Source: Marsupella aquatica (lineage: Eukaryota; Plantae; Marchantiophyta). Taken from it: a DNA stretch of 64,000 nucleotides. Positions 47,601 through 60,649 of the stretch are shown here, one piece after another. The notes under the pieces are model-generated. The model saw only the letters and a program-made list of their open reading frames with translations, was not told the origin of the DNA and searched no databases. The position numbers were made by a program, and so were the translations under genes. The stretch spans positions 23,930,709 to 23,994,708 of the forward strand of contig OZ316894.1 of the NCBI GenBank assembly GCA_973895155.1. The letters run 5' to 3'. Within the stretch, counting starts at the first letter, position 1, and every line of letters begins with the position of its first letter.

Positions 47601-48081
47601 TTGCTTGGTGTGTGGTGTTAACAAGAAGTAAGAACAAGAGGAAGAGTCCTTAGATAGAGGAGCCTTCTCTAAAGCTCAAAGGGGGATGTGTGGACCCAAA
47701 CCAAGGCCAAGGGGTAAGGTTGAGGGGTAACACTACTTTGAGGGTCTTGAGGAGACTTAAGCTTGAAGAGGAAAGTACTTTGGTTCTTGGGTGTTTGTGT
47801 GAGAATCTACTCTAAGGTGACAGCTTGGAGCGGAGATCCCCCTTGTTGATCCTTGGAGTAGAGGAGAGGGGAAGGGTGTGAGTACAAAAGTAGTCAAGGG
47901 GACTACCTCTCTAGAAGTGGAGAGTTGAAACTACTTATGTATGGAGTGACTAGACATTGTAGGCACATTTAAGAAGTTTTGTCAATCTTTTGTGACCCTG
48001 GTATGATATGGAGCAGGTATTAGGTAGTCTTTTGGGGAGAAAAGCCGCTTAAGCTCCTTGACAAGTGTTTGACAGACACCA
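44636..48081. mobile_element. Probable LTR-retrotransposon-derived non-coding insertion (solo-LTR-like, ~3.4 kb)
   Basis: Begins TGTAGATCC and ends GACACCA, flanked by TAGC on both sides. Purine-rich and CG-poor, with an internal diverged ~180-bp tandem duplication (~47455 and ~47636) and gctgctgat/agcta minisatellite-like DNA (45830-46380). No gag/pol recognised. Confidence 0.4.
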
Positions 48082-48099
48082 TAGCTAGTGAGCTCTCAT

Positions 48100-48950
48100 C
48101 AATCTTCCACTGAGATTGTTTTTGATGACTACGGTTCCATTTGTGAGCTTGTGATATGATCGTAGATAGTCATGTTTCACTGTGGATCTTGCCTAACCAA
48201 CAATTCATGGTAATGAGGCAAGCTTCTCTTGCATTGAGATGTCTCGCTATTGGCAATATATTCTTAACATTAAGTGAATTGTTTGGAGCTTCAAAACGTT
48301 CTACAAATGAGGGGTTATTCGAGGAAATTTATTCGATGGCCAGACTACGTAGGTCTTCTTGAAGCTAAACAAATATTTTAGGACAAATGGGGTTTCTCCA
48401 ATTACTTGGAGCTATTGACAACACTTACTTGCCTATTGAGTTGCCATTTCATGAGAAAATCCACTCGAACTAGATTGGAAGCACACCTAGAAGCACAAAC
48501 TTTTTGTCTCCATGCATGCAATTTGTGACTACAAATTGAGGTTTTTGGATGTCTATTGTGGGCTGCATGGAGCATGCACGATACAAGATTAATGCAAATA
48601 TCTCAGTTTTACTACCAAGTCACACAACAAGATACTAGTTCATTGAGTGGGCCTCTATTTTGTTGTGTGATGGAAAGATTCTACAAGAGTATCATTGAGC
48701 ATGCAAGGTACCCTTTATCAGGCTCTTTATTCCCTTGGCTCATTGCTCCTTTTCCAAGAGATCTTTCATAGCAAACTGATGATTTTTAAGTATAAGCTCT
48801 CTAGAACTAGACTATGTGTAGAAAGAGCTTTTGGTAGGTTAAAAGGGATATGGAGAATTCTGAGAAGGGTGTTATGTAAAGTTTGCATTGAACAACTTGG
48901 ACCAATGATTTTTTGATGTTGTGTTCTTCACAATTTGATTATAGGTAAGA
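48100..48950 (+). pseudogene. Second, older PIF/Harbinger (HARBI1-like) transposase remnant
   Basis: ASLALRCLAIGNIFLTLSELFGASKRST (HTH), LGAIDNTYLPI, LRFLDV, SMHDTR, PWLIAPF, LSRTRLCVERAFGRLKGIWRIL, CCVLHNL. Many stops and frameshifts. Confidence 0.85.
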
Positions 48951-49449
48951 ACGATGGGCTGCCAAATGTTGTATGATAGCACTATCACCCACCAGGGCAT
49001 GCAAGAGTTCTATGGCCAAACCGATAATGTATGGAGGGGGACTAGAAGCACAGTTGACATTTATGGACCATGTAGGATAGTGAGGACTGTGAAATTGCAT
49101 AGTGGACACTTGGTGTATCAACTATCCAGTTTTAAGTCACTGTAACGTAATTCAACATTGACCTAAGTGCTTCAAATATTTCTTTGGTTTTCAAAAACCC
49201 TCCATTTGCATTCATTTCTACTTATTATGGAGTTTGATTCCAGAACTAGATAAGATGAATGTGTGCATCATTCATGCGCTCTGTAAAAAAAAAAGGAGGT
49301 TTAGCTCAAGTTCAAGGGGCTATTATTAACAAAAAAGGGGAAAAAACTAACATGAATATGAAGTTCATATTGATTGATTTATAGTAGAAAGCCTGAGATT
49401 GGCATGAGAGTAAATACTAGAAAAGAAATAAACTTATCAACTTTATTTG

Positions 49450-50600
49450 GATTATCTCCATCCATTTGCAAGGTACCGAACTAAGTAAACAATGAATACA
49501 AGAGCATTTGCAACATCGGAAGTATCCCTAGCTTGACATGTATGATAGGCATGTTGAGTAGCTTCAACTTGAGCAGACAATTTATCAATATGTCTCTCGT
49601 TGTTAATTGTGAGGGACTTGTTTGTGCTCCTCCCTTCTTGCCATATGGTCCTCAACACAAAATTGGTAAAAGTATCAATGACTTTGTGCATCCCGTCTGT
49701 GCTCTGCTCAAATGCTTTTTCTTGTCCAGCCTCTAGTGATTGATGAGCCACCATTCCCCTGTCTGGTGAGAGAGGTTGGGCTTCTTCCCATGGGGGCTTG
49801 GGTTGGGAGAAGGTAGGCTGAGAGGCTTGTTGTTGAGAGGATGTGGAGCAATCCCCCCAGGCAAGCCCTACCTATGTATGGCAAGTCTCATAACCAGTGT
49901 TAAAAAATATAGGGTGGTTGATGGTGGTATGTATGGGCTATCAAAAGGGTCACTCTGCATCAGAATCCAAATACTCATTTGTTGCATTGTGGCTCTGACC
50001 ATTTGTCTCACCTAGCTCCACCCATGCTAAATTGATGCTGGCCCAGATGCTGGACCAGGTTGGGCATCAAGAGTCATGACTGGACTCTCCTCCATGGTCA
50101 TGGATCATTGGATAGCTTCCGCTGCCTCGGCATCTGTTGTGCTATCAACATACTAATTTGGGTCTGGATTCACAACTTTGTTTGTAAGCACAAATATATA
50201 CCACCATAGCCTCATAGATATTTCCTGGAAGATAGTGGGCAAGCTTTGACCCTTCCTAGGAGACCAAGGCAACTCAAAGTACCTATCACCACCAGAGGTA
50301 GGGAGTGTGGGCCTGGAAGTCAAAAAATGTCCTCGAAGTCTGTCAGCAATTACTACCACATTTTCTTGCACCTCTTCCAGCCCCTTTGGACATTGTTGGT
50401 CTTGAACATGTCTTCAATGTCCTTCCACCTTTTCTCGACTATCCAAATTTGTTTCGTGGATGAGTCCAAGTGAGACTCATCTTGCTGGTACTTCTTGCTA
50501 TCCACAAGGATTTGAAAAGTTGTCTAGTGTCCCATTGAGCAATACTTGGACTTGCTTGTGTCATCTACATACCACAATTTTAGGATAATTGGCTTTGGCA
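49450..50600 (-). pseudogene. Harbinger partner ORF remnant (trihelix Myb/SANT-like)
   Basis: KRWKDIEDMFKTNNVQRGWKRCKKMW**LLTDF and YFELPWSPRKGQSLP resemble the trihelix Myb/SANT domain. Convergent with the transposase remnant. Confidence 0.65.
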
Positions 50601-51866
50601 CATTCATGCACACCAATTCTTGCAATAGTTTTGCTAGAGTTTGGGTGAAACCAGTCAACTTTATGTTTAATCACTTCAATTTAGGTGTGTACAATATTTT
50701 AACAATTCATTCAGACCAACATGGAATAAAATTGGCTAAGTCTGGAAGTGGGATTCAAGTCACTTGATTCAAAACAGGAGTGAAAGACAATGATTTTTCA
50801 TTGTGTCCACAAGTAGATTGCACTATCAAAACCTGATATATTCGGGAGGTGATAGACAGGATTTATGGATGACAGTGTGGATGAGCTAGCATTCCGCCCA
50901 TAGTTGCACAAGGACTCCATAAACAATCAAATGCACAAGTTGAGTCATTCAATTAAACAATTCTCCACAATTGCAATGCTTCATTCACATTCAGACTACT
51001 CAGACATACAGTGAAGTTAAGCTAAAAAGAGCATCGTTGGATTGAATGAATCCTTCTATTCAGCCCACCTCCAACACCAATTGATTATTATTTAAAGTCT
51101 ATATTTTAGCCTACCTCCAAGAACAATCTGTAGAGCTTTGAATTCAATTGCAATTTGTCCTGAAATTTGTGGAAAATAGGGCAGAAATATTGCTTTGGCT
51201 CATAGCTAGACAAAGTGAAAAGCTATGGTGGTAGAGGTCAAGCAACTATGTGGTCGAAGCTGCATATAGTTTTCCTGCGCATATGATAATGCAAAATATA
51301 ATATACAATACTAAGAGAGGGTATTTGCAACAATTCAGCTTTTGTGACCAAACCTCTTTGGTCAAAGGCCTGGTTAGTATAAGGGTGGGATGCTAAGGAT
51401 GACCTGTTCATGTTGTCAAAATTTGGGATGCTAATAAGGAGGAAGATATAAGTTGGAAGATGAGGGGAATGCTCCCCACAATTGTCTCTTGGCAATGGTG
51501 AGCCTTGTGGTGTACGTGGCTTTGGTGACTGTAAGCTTGAGGGAAGGTGTTCCCGAGAGTTGGAGCCAAGAATTTAGCATGCCACCCATTTAGCTTGGTT
51601 TGATATAAATAGAGGTTAGTGAAGAGAAAATGGGTGTATGTGTATAACCTCTTGAGGGATGGGTTACGGTATTCTCTCAACAACATAGGGGGCCTGACAC
51701 TGGTCAGGTATAGCAGTACTCAGCAACATTGAGGGCCTAAACACTGGCGATGAACAGGTCACTGTCCGCTAGGTGACCTATGCTAGCCAGTAATATGCAC
51801 TACGTGTCACCAAGGCTAACTGAGTAACTCGAGGACTGTGAATTGCCTCCCGGCTGACGAATCCCA

Positions 51867-52277
51867 ATCCGTCAATCCAGACAGACTGCTCTTGGCCGCC
51901 GATGCAGAGAATGGAAGGCCGAGATTGGGACTCTTTGACTGAGATTCCATTGCGATTCCACGAGGAATTCCAGTGGGAAAAAAAAAAGCGGCGTGGAGTA
52001 GCGGTGGCCCACTTATTATTAGGAGCCCGGCTTATGGTGACTGCAGTGATAATTCTTGGTACTGTACGTACTACTTCGTACCATGGTATGCGGTGCTCGT
52101 CGCCAGGGTTCGATTAGAGTTAGGGGGCCTCCCATTACCAAAAAGTGAGCCTGCAACGAACGAACTGGGTCCCGGCCGGGAAGTCGTAACCCGTCAAATC
52201 CTGACATTGACAGACAGCTTGTGGCCGTCGATGCCGAGAATCGAAGGCTGAGATGGGAATCGTTGACTGAGATTCCA
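51867..52277 (+). promoter_or_regulatory. Duplicated ~85-bp module in the LEUNIG upstream region
   Basis: Copies at 51867-51949 and 52190-52277 share ccgtcaa(a)tcc...acagac.gct..tggccg.cgatgc.gagaat.gaaggc.gagat(t)ggga.tc.ttgactgagattcca. Confidence 0.6.
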
Positions 52278-52443
52278 CGACAGCCACGAGTTCCACTGGA
52301 CTGGAAACCGGCGTCGAATACCGGGAAGGAGACCGGTTGGAAGGGGGTTTTGCAAGTAGACTTGACTGGCCATTGCCGGTGGAGGGTCGGTACCGTACGC
52401 CGTTTGTCGCCCGGCTCTGCTCTCTGCCGGTTGCCGGGAGTAA

Positions 52444-52481
52444 TAGAGAGAGAGAGGGAGAGAGGGAGAGAGAGAGAGAGA
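52444..52481 (+). repeat. GA microsatellite in LEUNIG 5' region (GAGA element)
   Basis: agagagagagagggagagagggagagagagagagaga. Confidence 0.8.
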
Positions 52482-52870
52482 ACACGAGAGGAAGGTAACA
52501 AAGAGAAGACGGGGAAGAAGACTACTAGAGAAAAGGAGGACGAAGAACAGCGGAAGATGGGAGGGAGAGGAAAGTGAAGAAAAGCTTTCGGGAGAGGGGA
52601 CTGGGGATCGATGGGGCGGAGCAGGAGCGACAGCGAGATGGAGGAAGCGATGGCGGAGAGCGGAGGCAGTATAGAAAGGAAGAGCTCAAGGAGATGAAGA
52701 AAAGCTCGGGAAAACTAAGGGGGGGTTTGTTCGATTGTGGAAGACACATCTTGAGCTGTGTGTCTTGGAGTAGTAGTAGTAAAAGCGGACGACGAAGGAG
52801 GAGGAGGTGAAGGAGGAGGGGGGTGCTGGTGGCTGTGCTTCCTCGTCTCGGGGAGCAACCGGCAAGCAGC

Positions 52871-55800
52871 ATGGCGGGAAGCAATTGGGAAGCTGACAAA
52901 ATGTAGGTATCGGGGACTCTGTTGCTGAAGATTGACTGACGGAGGGTTTGTGTTCCGTGGAAAAAATTGGAGCCATCTTTTGCGGCGTTTTGCCGTTATG
53001 TGTTTTCATTTCATCTCATGTGCTGTGTTGCGCGGAGTAGTGAGGTTGGTGCTTTTGCGGCTGTGGGATGTGGTCTTGTGAGTTCGTCTGTAGACCCGTG
53101 CTTATTTGTCGGTCATTTGTGTCTGGTTTGGCTTGGCAGGTTGGATGTATATATTTACGACTATCTTATGAAGAGGAATCTGCACGCTTCGGCTAAAGCG
53201 TTTCTGAATGAAGGGAAAGTCTCGTCGGATCCAGTTGGTACGTTGCTGTCGCTTTCGGCCTTTGCACCATTGTGTTTGTTGTTGTACCGTCCGACTCGTG
53301 TAAGGGAGCTGTGGTGGATTTTTAGGCTGTCTCACCTCTCTACCCCTTGATGGCGCAGCTATAGATGCACCGGGAGGGTTCTTGTTCGAGTGGTGGTCGG
53401 TCTTTTGGGACATCTTTATCGCTCGCACAAATGAGAAGCATTCCGAGGTTGCAGCCTCGTACATAGAGGTATGGATCTTGAATTATCTGGCTCAGACGTG
53501 CGTTTCTTCCCGCACCGTTCGTTTAGTTCTCACGTGGTGAGTGAATGCCGGTGTTTGGTGAGGCAGACACAACAATTGAAGGCTAGGGATCAGCAGCAGC
53601 ATCAGCAGCAGCAGCAGCAACAACACCAACAGCAGCAACAACAGCAGCAGCAGCATCAGCAGCAGCAACAGCAGCACCAGCAGGCCCAACTTCAGCAGAT
53701 GCAGCAGATGCATATGCTCCAGCGGCACGCTGCCCAGCGACAACGCCAGGAGGGTCACTTGGCGGGTCTCAACGGGACCCCTAATGGCTTAGGGGCTGAT
53801 GCCCTTCTGCGGCAGCCTGGTGGTGGTACAGCTAATGCTATGGCGACAAAAATTTACGAAGAGCGTCTGAAACATCCTCACCAAAGGGATACTCTTGACG
53901 ATGCATCTATGAAGGTATCATCTCGAATGTCACTTGCATCATGCAGCATGCGTCGGGCTCCTGGGTGGTTTAGGTTGTTGCGATGACTGATGTCGTCACG
54001 TTGAGAGGGTCGTGTAGGCGCACTTGGGATCTGGCAGTTTCTGGTTGTGTCATTTACGAGCAAGTCTTAGGGGAGGGTACTTGTTGTGACCCCCCTGTGT
54101 GAGCTTCTCAAAAGTTTGAGTTAAGAAATTTAGGAAGTCGTTTTACCTTTTTAGTTCGCAAGCCTCAGAGGTTAGCAAGGAAGTACATTTTGAAGCCTCC
54201 TCTATACCCGTCTTTGGACGCGTTTCTTTTCCTGACAATGTGTTTGATTCGTGAATTGGCAGAGGTACGGAGACGTCTCTGCCCAGATATTGGATGTGAA
54301 TCAAATGTCTACCCTCAAAGGAACTTCGTCACTGGGACAGTCATCCCGGTCCGTCGCCGCTGCCTTGCCAGCGCACGTGACTGCGGTGCTTGAACTTGAA
54401 TGAGGCTGCAGATTGCATGTAGTTCAGAGAATTATTGCCGATGGCAACTTAGATTTAATTTTATTTATAAATAAATTTGAAGCTCTTCCAGGACTTCATT
54501 ATCCGACTTTTGGGTTAATGGATTGAGTCGCGCTCCTTTGAAGTTTTGTCCGAAACGAGTAGCACCCTCTGGGCCCTCATCTCGCAAATTTCCCTGTCGG
54601 GACCGTCTTTGGCTTCTTTGTGTGACTGGGGTCTAGTCCATTTCAATGTACCTTGAAATGGTTGTGAGGGTATTGATGTGGAGTGTTTCTTTTGTCAGAC
54701 CTCTTCTGCACAATGCTGCTGGTACCCCTACAGCATTGCAACAGGTCCAGTCTCGCACTCAGCAGATATCTGGGAGCTCACAGGTATTATACTTCACATT
54801 TTACCAACTTTGATTGATTTCTCTTTTCCAATTACGTCTCACGACCTAAATCTTCTAACCATGCGAAAGATGGCTAAATGGCCAGTTGTTGTTTTCCGCG
54901 ATGATTGGGGCTCTAACGTATGGATTGGCGCTTGTAGGATGTGAAAGGCGACGTGGCCCTCCTGAACCAAAGATCTCCTGCTCCAGAATCGAACATGTTC
55001 GGTGTACCTGGAGTTGGTCATAACAAGACAAACCTTTTGAGCCCAGGTCTATATGATGTAGCCCATCATGTGCTACCACTTGCTGTTCATTTTATCAAAA
55101 TCATTGGGAAGGATTATTCGTGGTTTTAGTATTGGAAGAGTTGCTCAACCTGATAATGGTTTTTGAACGGCACTGTTGGTCTTCTGCTGCAGGGGGACAA
55201 GGAGGAAGCACATTACCGGTTAAAGGCTGGCCCTTGACTGTAAGTTCCTCCTTGCGCTTTAGACTTAACTCTTTTGTTAATTGGCCAGCTCCCTTCATAC
55301 TAAGATGGAGGAGGGTTCAGGCTTGTTAGTTCGTTTTATTGACGCTCAACTCTTCATAATTTTATTTGTTTCGTTTTTTGGGTACTTCTCTGCTCCTCGC
55401 TGTGAGCACTTTGAATTAGGAGCTTTCCTATTCTCTACACAGATTTGCGTACCTACCCTATGACTCTAACTGGGCCCTCGTTTGGTTTCTCTTGACAGGG
55501 AATTGACACTCTTCGGGGGTCGCAAAGTCTTGTGCCATCACACAAATCATTTATTCAGGCCCCACAATATCAACAGTTTCAGCTGCTCACTCCCCAACAG
55601 CAACAACAGCTTATACTGCAGGCTCAATCCCAAAATCAACCGTCAGGATCTCCTCTATTACAGGATATGGATCACCGAAGATTTAGAGTACTTTTAGGTG
55701 GGAGAGGAGGACTGAATCCGAAAGATGGGCATTCGAATCCAGGGAGTGATGTTACTGGAGGCGGAGTAGGCTCACCCATGCAGGCTGCTTCACCAGTTCC

Positions 55801-58800
55801 TAGAGCAGCCCAAGATCAACAAGAGTTACTCATGAAGGTGAATGTCTGCTACATGATTCCAAGGAATTTTCAGGAGCGTTCGTTGTCTGCAATATGATTC
55901 AAATATATTCTCAAGAGTGTTCGTTAGTATGTCATTTTGGGGGGCTTATGCATGACAGTCTACTACAATGTGGTCTATTGTTTCTAGATGAAGCAGATGG
56001 CTCAGATGCAAGCGCAACAGCAACAGCAACAACAACAGTCTGGTAGTCTTGTGCAGCCACAACCCCAGCAACAACCTGCTACCCCTCAGCAACAGCAGCA
56101 GGACAGATTGGGCGTAGTTGGGGGAGTTTCAGTCGAAGGCAATTCCTTCCGTTCAAATGATCAGGTTAGTGTGTCTACTCTAAATGGCTGAGTCTTTCTC
56201 TTCTTTTGGCAAGGGAAATGTCAAGAGTGTTTCGTGCCAGAGGTTGCGTGCTGGTTAAGTGGAGCTGAGCGCAAGAAGAGACATTGGGACGGTGCTGAGA
56301 GAAACTTGTTGGTTTCGTAGAGAAGATAGACGACCACTAACCTAGATTAATATTTTCCTACAGAATTCTGGTAAAGGGCCAAACGCACAAAGGAAACGGA
56401 AGCAGCATCCAGCATCTTCTTCTGGTCCTGCCAACAGTACAGGCACAGCAAATACTACTGGACCATCACCAAATTCTGCTCCTTCAACCCCATCAACACA
56501 CACCCCAGGAGATGTCATGTCTATTACATTGCAACACAGTAACAGCATATCAAAACCAGGATTAATGATGTATGGGTCTGACGGCAATGCACCACTTGCA
56601 TCACCATCCAACCAACTGGTAGGATTCATTTGCTGACAAGACTGACTAGTTTTATAATTGACCCAATGTCACTTACCTGTTTCATATTACTTCAGCTTGC
56701 TCCGTATTGAGAGGAAATTTAAATGTATTTTTACCCTACTTCGTTTTGGTTGTGTTCAGGCGGATATTGATCGCTTTGGAGACGATGGTTCCCTAGACGA
56801 CAACGTTGAGTCATTTTTGTCTCATGAAGAAGCAGACCCCCGGGAGCCCCTCTTCGGTAGCAACAAGCGGAGCCCAGCTGGACACAGCATGGACGTCACC
56901 CAAGGTTAAGTTTTAAAGAGTGGTGGCATTGCAAGATTGGAGAGGCTTCTGTTTTTCTTCGTTGCTGTTTCACTGTTCTTTAATTCGATCCCACAGCCTT
57001 GTTCTGGATTACGTACTTCATCTCATATGCAGTCTTCCACCTCTGGCTTCAGGTTTTTCATTCAAAGAGGTGGTTTGTCTCCGTGCTAGTACAACAAAAG
57101 TTGTCTGCTGCCACTTCTCGTCAGATGGGAAGCTATTGGCCAGTGCAGGACATGACAAAAAGGTCAGTCGCCATTTTGTATTTGCAGGTCTCCGTCTCAC
57201 ATTTCTGCGCCTTTTAACATCTGGATGTACTTGTTGATCAGGATAGCTTCCAGTGTGATATTGTTGCGCACAAAAGACTTGTCGTTGGTCGTTTATCAAT
57301 GCCAGTATTTATTTTCTTCGAGCCCTTGTTTCATCTTGAAGTCTCATGACCTGGGTTCCCTCTTCTGGCTTGCAGGTGAACTTGTGGAACATGGATACCT
57401 TAAAGCTCAAAAGTACCCTTGAGGAGCACTCCAATCTGATCACCGACGTTAGATTCAGCCCAAATTCAGCACGGCTGGCAACATCTTCCTTTGACAAGAC
57501 TGTCCGAGTGTGGGATGCAGACAACGTATGAATACTAGTGCATTTTTCCTTAGCATTCTTCGTCTGTCATACTTTGTGATTAGACAATGCCATCGGTAAC
57601 TTGACAATTGGTGGCTTATTAAACAGTTACCGGGATCGCGCCTCAGAAATTGGTGTATGTAAGGTTTGTGGCTGTAGCCTTAGATTTATAGTTTTTGCAA
57701 TTTCAGTGCATCTGACATTTTTGGCTGGATCTGTGGTACAGCCAAGTTATGCCTTACGAACGTTCATTGGTCATCAGACTTCTGTAATGTCGCTTGATTT
57801 CCACCCGAACAATGAGGACTTGTTATGCTCTTGTGATGGTGATAGCGAGATTCGGTACTGGAGTGTCAGCCAGGGAATTTGTAGCAAGACTTTCAAGGTT
57901 GAGGCCTATCCCACTCTTGCTAGTCGGAGATTCTTATAGAAAGTTTTGTACTATAAACTTGTGGTCAGGAGCCTTTTCATTAGAAGGGGAAATATAAGCA
58001 GATGTTAGATATATTCATCACAATGGGAGAGCCGCACATGTGAATCTAGATAAAGGGTAGATGATTTAGATGATCAACTCTGTTAGAGATAACTACTTGG
58101 TGATCTTGAAGATGATTAGATAATAACCTCATACGGAGGAAAAAGGGGACGATAAAGATTTGTGTATCCAATTGATATGGAGGAGCCGTACCCTTGCAAT
58201 AGGATGTGTATGAGTCTGGTGGTGCCGTATCGTTTGCTTCATGCAAGCGAAGTTTGGAAATATTGGTTTCTAGCGTTTCTTTGAAGGAGTAACGTCTAGT
58301 GTCGAATGTTCTAACGATCATCGTGTCCTTTTCTGCAGGGCGGTGTGACTCAAATCAGGTTTCAACCACGTGCTGGGAGGCTCCTGGCAGCCGCTGCTGA
58401 GAATGTTGTTTCTATCTTCGATGTTGAGTCAGAAACTTGTATACACTCTTTGCAGGTAACCCACCTTGGCTTGTTTCTCTTGCATTCAAAGAAACGCACT
58501 GAAGTTTTTCGGGAATACGATGGTGAAAAGTTTGAACGAAATTATGAATGAATGAAAGCAGTGCCTTCTGGAACGCAACTGGGTCCGTAGGTGGTCTATG
58601 TACAAGTACCTTCGAAGTTTGACAGAAACATTGTTTAGAGATTTCAACCTGGTATCATTTGGTTATATTGATTTCTTTGCATTGTGATGTGCTGGTTTTC
58701 ATAATGTAGAATTACCTGGAGCATGAAAGCTCTTGAGTTATTACTATCTTTGGTAAAGCTAAAGTATGGCGGTGGTTGATTTGCAGAGACACATAAAGCC

Positions 58801-59313
58801 AGTGCATTCCGTCTGCTGGGATGCAGCAGGTGATTTCGTGGCATCCGTGAGCGAAGACTCTGTTCGTGTTTGGGCTTTGGGTCAAAATAATGAAGGAGAG
58901 TGCGTGCATGAGCTGAACTGTAACGGGAACAAGTTCCATTCCTGTGTCTTCCATCCAAGTTATCCCACGCTGTTGGTGATCGGTTGTTATCAGGTGAGAT
59001 GACGTACATTGGAGATATTTCTGTTGGTCGTGGGCACATGCGAAGGTTTCGGTTTCTGTGAAATTCAGTCAAAGCGAAGTTCTGATGTCTTTTGTGCACC
59101 TTGAAATGGTATGTCTGTCAGGTTTTGCTTCTTTCTGATCTTGTTCTGGCTTTCTCTGACTTTTTGCAGTCTCTGGAGCTGTGGAACATGGTGGAGAACA
59201 AGAGTATGACTGTACCTGCCCACGATGGTCTGATTGCCGCGCTGGCTCAGTCGCCTGCCACTGGCATGGTGGCATCAGCTAGTCACGACAAATGCGTGAA
59301 GTTGTGGGCATGA
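52871..59313 (+). CDS. LUG: Transcriptional corepressor LEUNIG / LEUNIG_HOMOLOG (LisH-LUFS, Q-rich, WD40), ~18 exons
   Basis: Spliced N-terminus [11 protein letters not shown]|[32 protein letters not shown]|[37 protein letters not shown]. Also poly[36 protein letters not shown], and WD40 repeats ending [13 protein letters not shown]. Introns are GT-AG. Confidence 0.96.
53591..53685 (+). repeat. CAG/CAA polyglutamine-coding repeat in LEUNIG exon 4
   Basis: cagcagcagcatcagcagcagcagcagcaacaacaccaacag... Confidence 0.9.
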
Positions 59314-60649
59314 TGATTATCTGTGGAGCTAGGCTACTCCAGCTCTTGTGCTCTTTTAAATTAGATTTCTTGTATAGTCCTCCAGGTTTTCAGATCTTGT
59401 CGTTGAGATTCTTGCATAGCAGAGATCATTCTTGTATATTGGGGAGCATTTTGGAGTGAGGAATTGTAAGTTGTAGAACTCAATCATGGGTTATTTCCAG
59501 GTTGGAGAGTTGAACTATCTTTTCGAATGTGATCCCATTTACTTGAAAATCACTTCCATCATTAGGTTGAAGTGAATTTTCCCTTTGCTACTCTTTCCCG
59601 CTTCATAGTGATTCAGTGCCAGGTTATCTTTGCTTCTTATGTTACTGTGGCCCTGCGTTAGGAAATGTGGTAACAGTAATGTGAAGCAAAGTTCCCCAAG
59701 ACGATTGGGGTGACTCGCAACTAAGTCCTTCCACGGATAAGACGCACGGTAATTAGGTGGTAATGCCTCTTTTGAATGTAAGAATGAGCGTAGTTCTTCA
59801 TCCGCGTAGTTTCATAATGGTATATTCATTTTGAGGGGCTAACTAAGGAGACTGTACAGGCTGAGAGAACTTCAGTACTGCAATGCAACTTATGAAGACT
59901 AAGTATACCTCGATTGTACTGTCACATCAGACGGAGGTTCCTTCTATATACTAGTATTCCACATAGTTGAAATGAACACATTGGCAGAGTTCTATGTGGC
60001 TGGAGTCATACGAGCCAGTTGCTCCATGAATCAAATGGTAGTTGGTGTTCTCATGTCTTGGTTCATCTTAGGCTTGTTTTCTGATCTATGATGTCTGTGA
60101 AACAGTCTCACTTCATAAACGCCGTGAGCCAGGTTTCTAGCGGCTGTAGATCATCATCTTCTTCAAAATGTTTTTAATCATTTTGAATCACTGGTCCAAA
60201 TCGGTGTTGACAATTCGCCGTCAGTGTTGAGTTCAGTGTCACGCGAATTGCAAAGCGTGATGTCCAAAGGAAAATCCCCACAAATGCTCATTTCTTTCAC
60301 AGATAATTGATTTCACCTGTATTTGATGGTCCTCTTGTGTGAAAGCAATTGATAAGGCTTTCCTTCCTCGTCAATCATCATCGAGATATACCCTTAGACG
60401 GAACTCTTGTTCTAACACATTGTCGGGACTGTATTTTTTTGTGTGAAAGTAATATTCAAGGCCTTCTCCCTCGCATCTAACTACCACAGGAGACGCAATT
60501 CTTGTCCTTACCGTGCCACTAGCCATGATTTCACCATTTTTCCTGACCCCGTGAAGTCTTGGACGACCTAAGCCATAGCCTAGTGCGAATAATAGAGAAT
60601 GCTTCTCTTTCAAGGTTTTGTTTGGAGTCACCTATGTTTACATTCAAAA

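Noticed and set aside
31791-51807. cactacgtgt present near both ends of the TE island as a possible large TSD
   Set aside because: A 10-bp match with no adjoining TIRs identified; plausible by chance or as an ACGT promoter motif.
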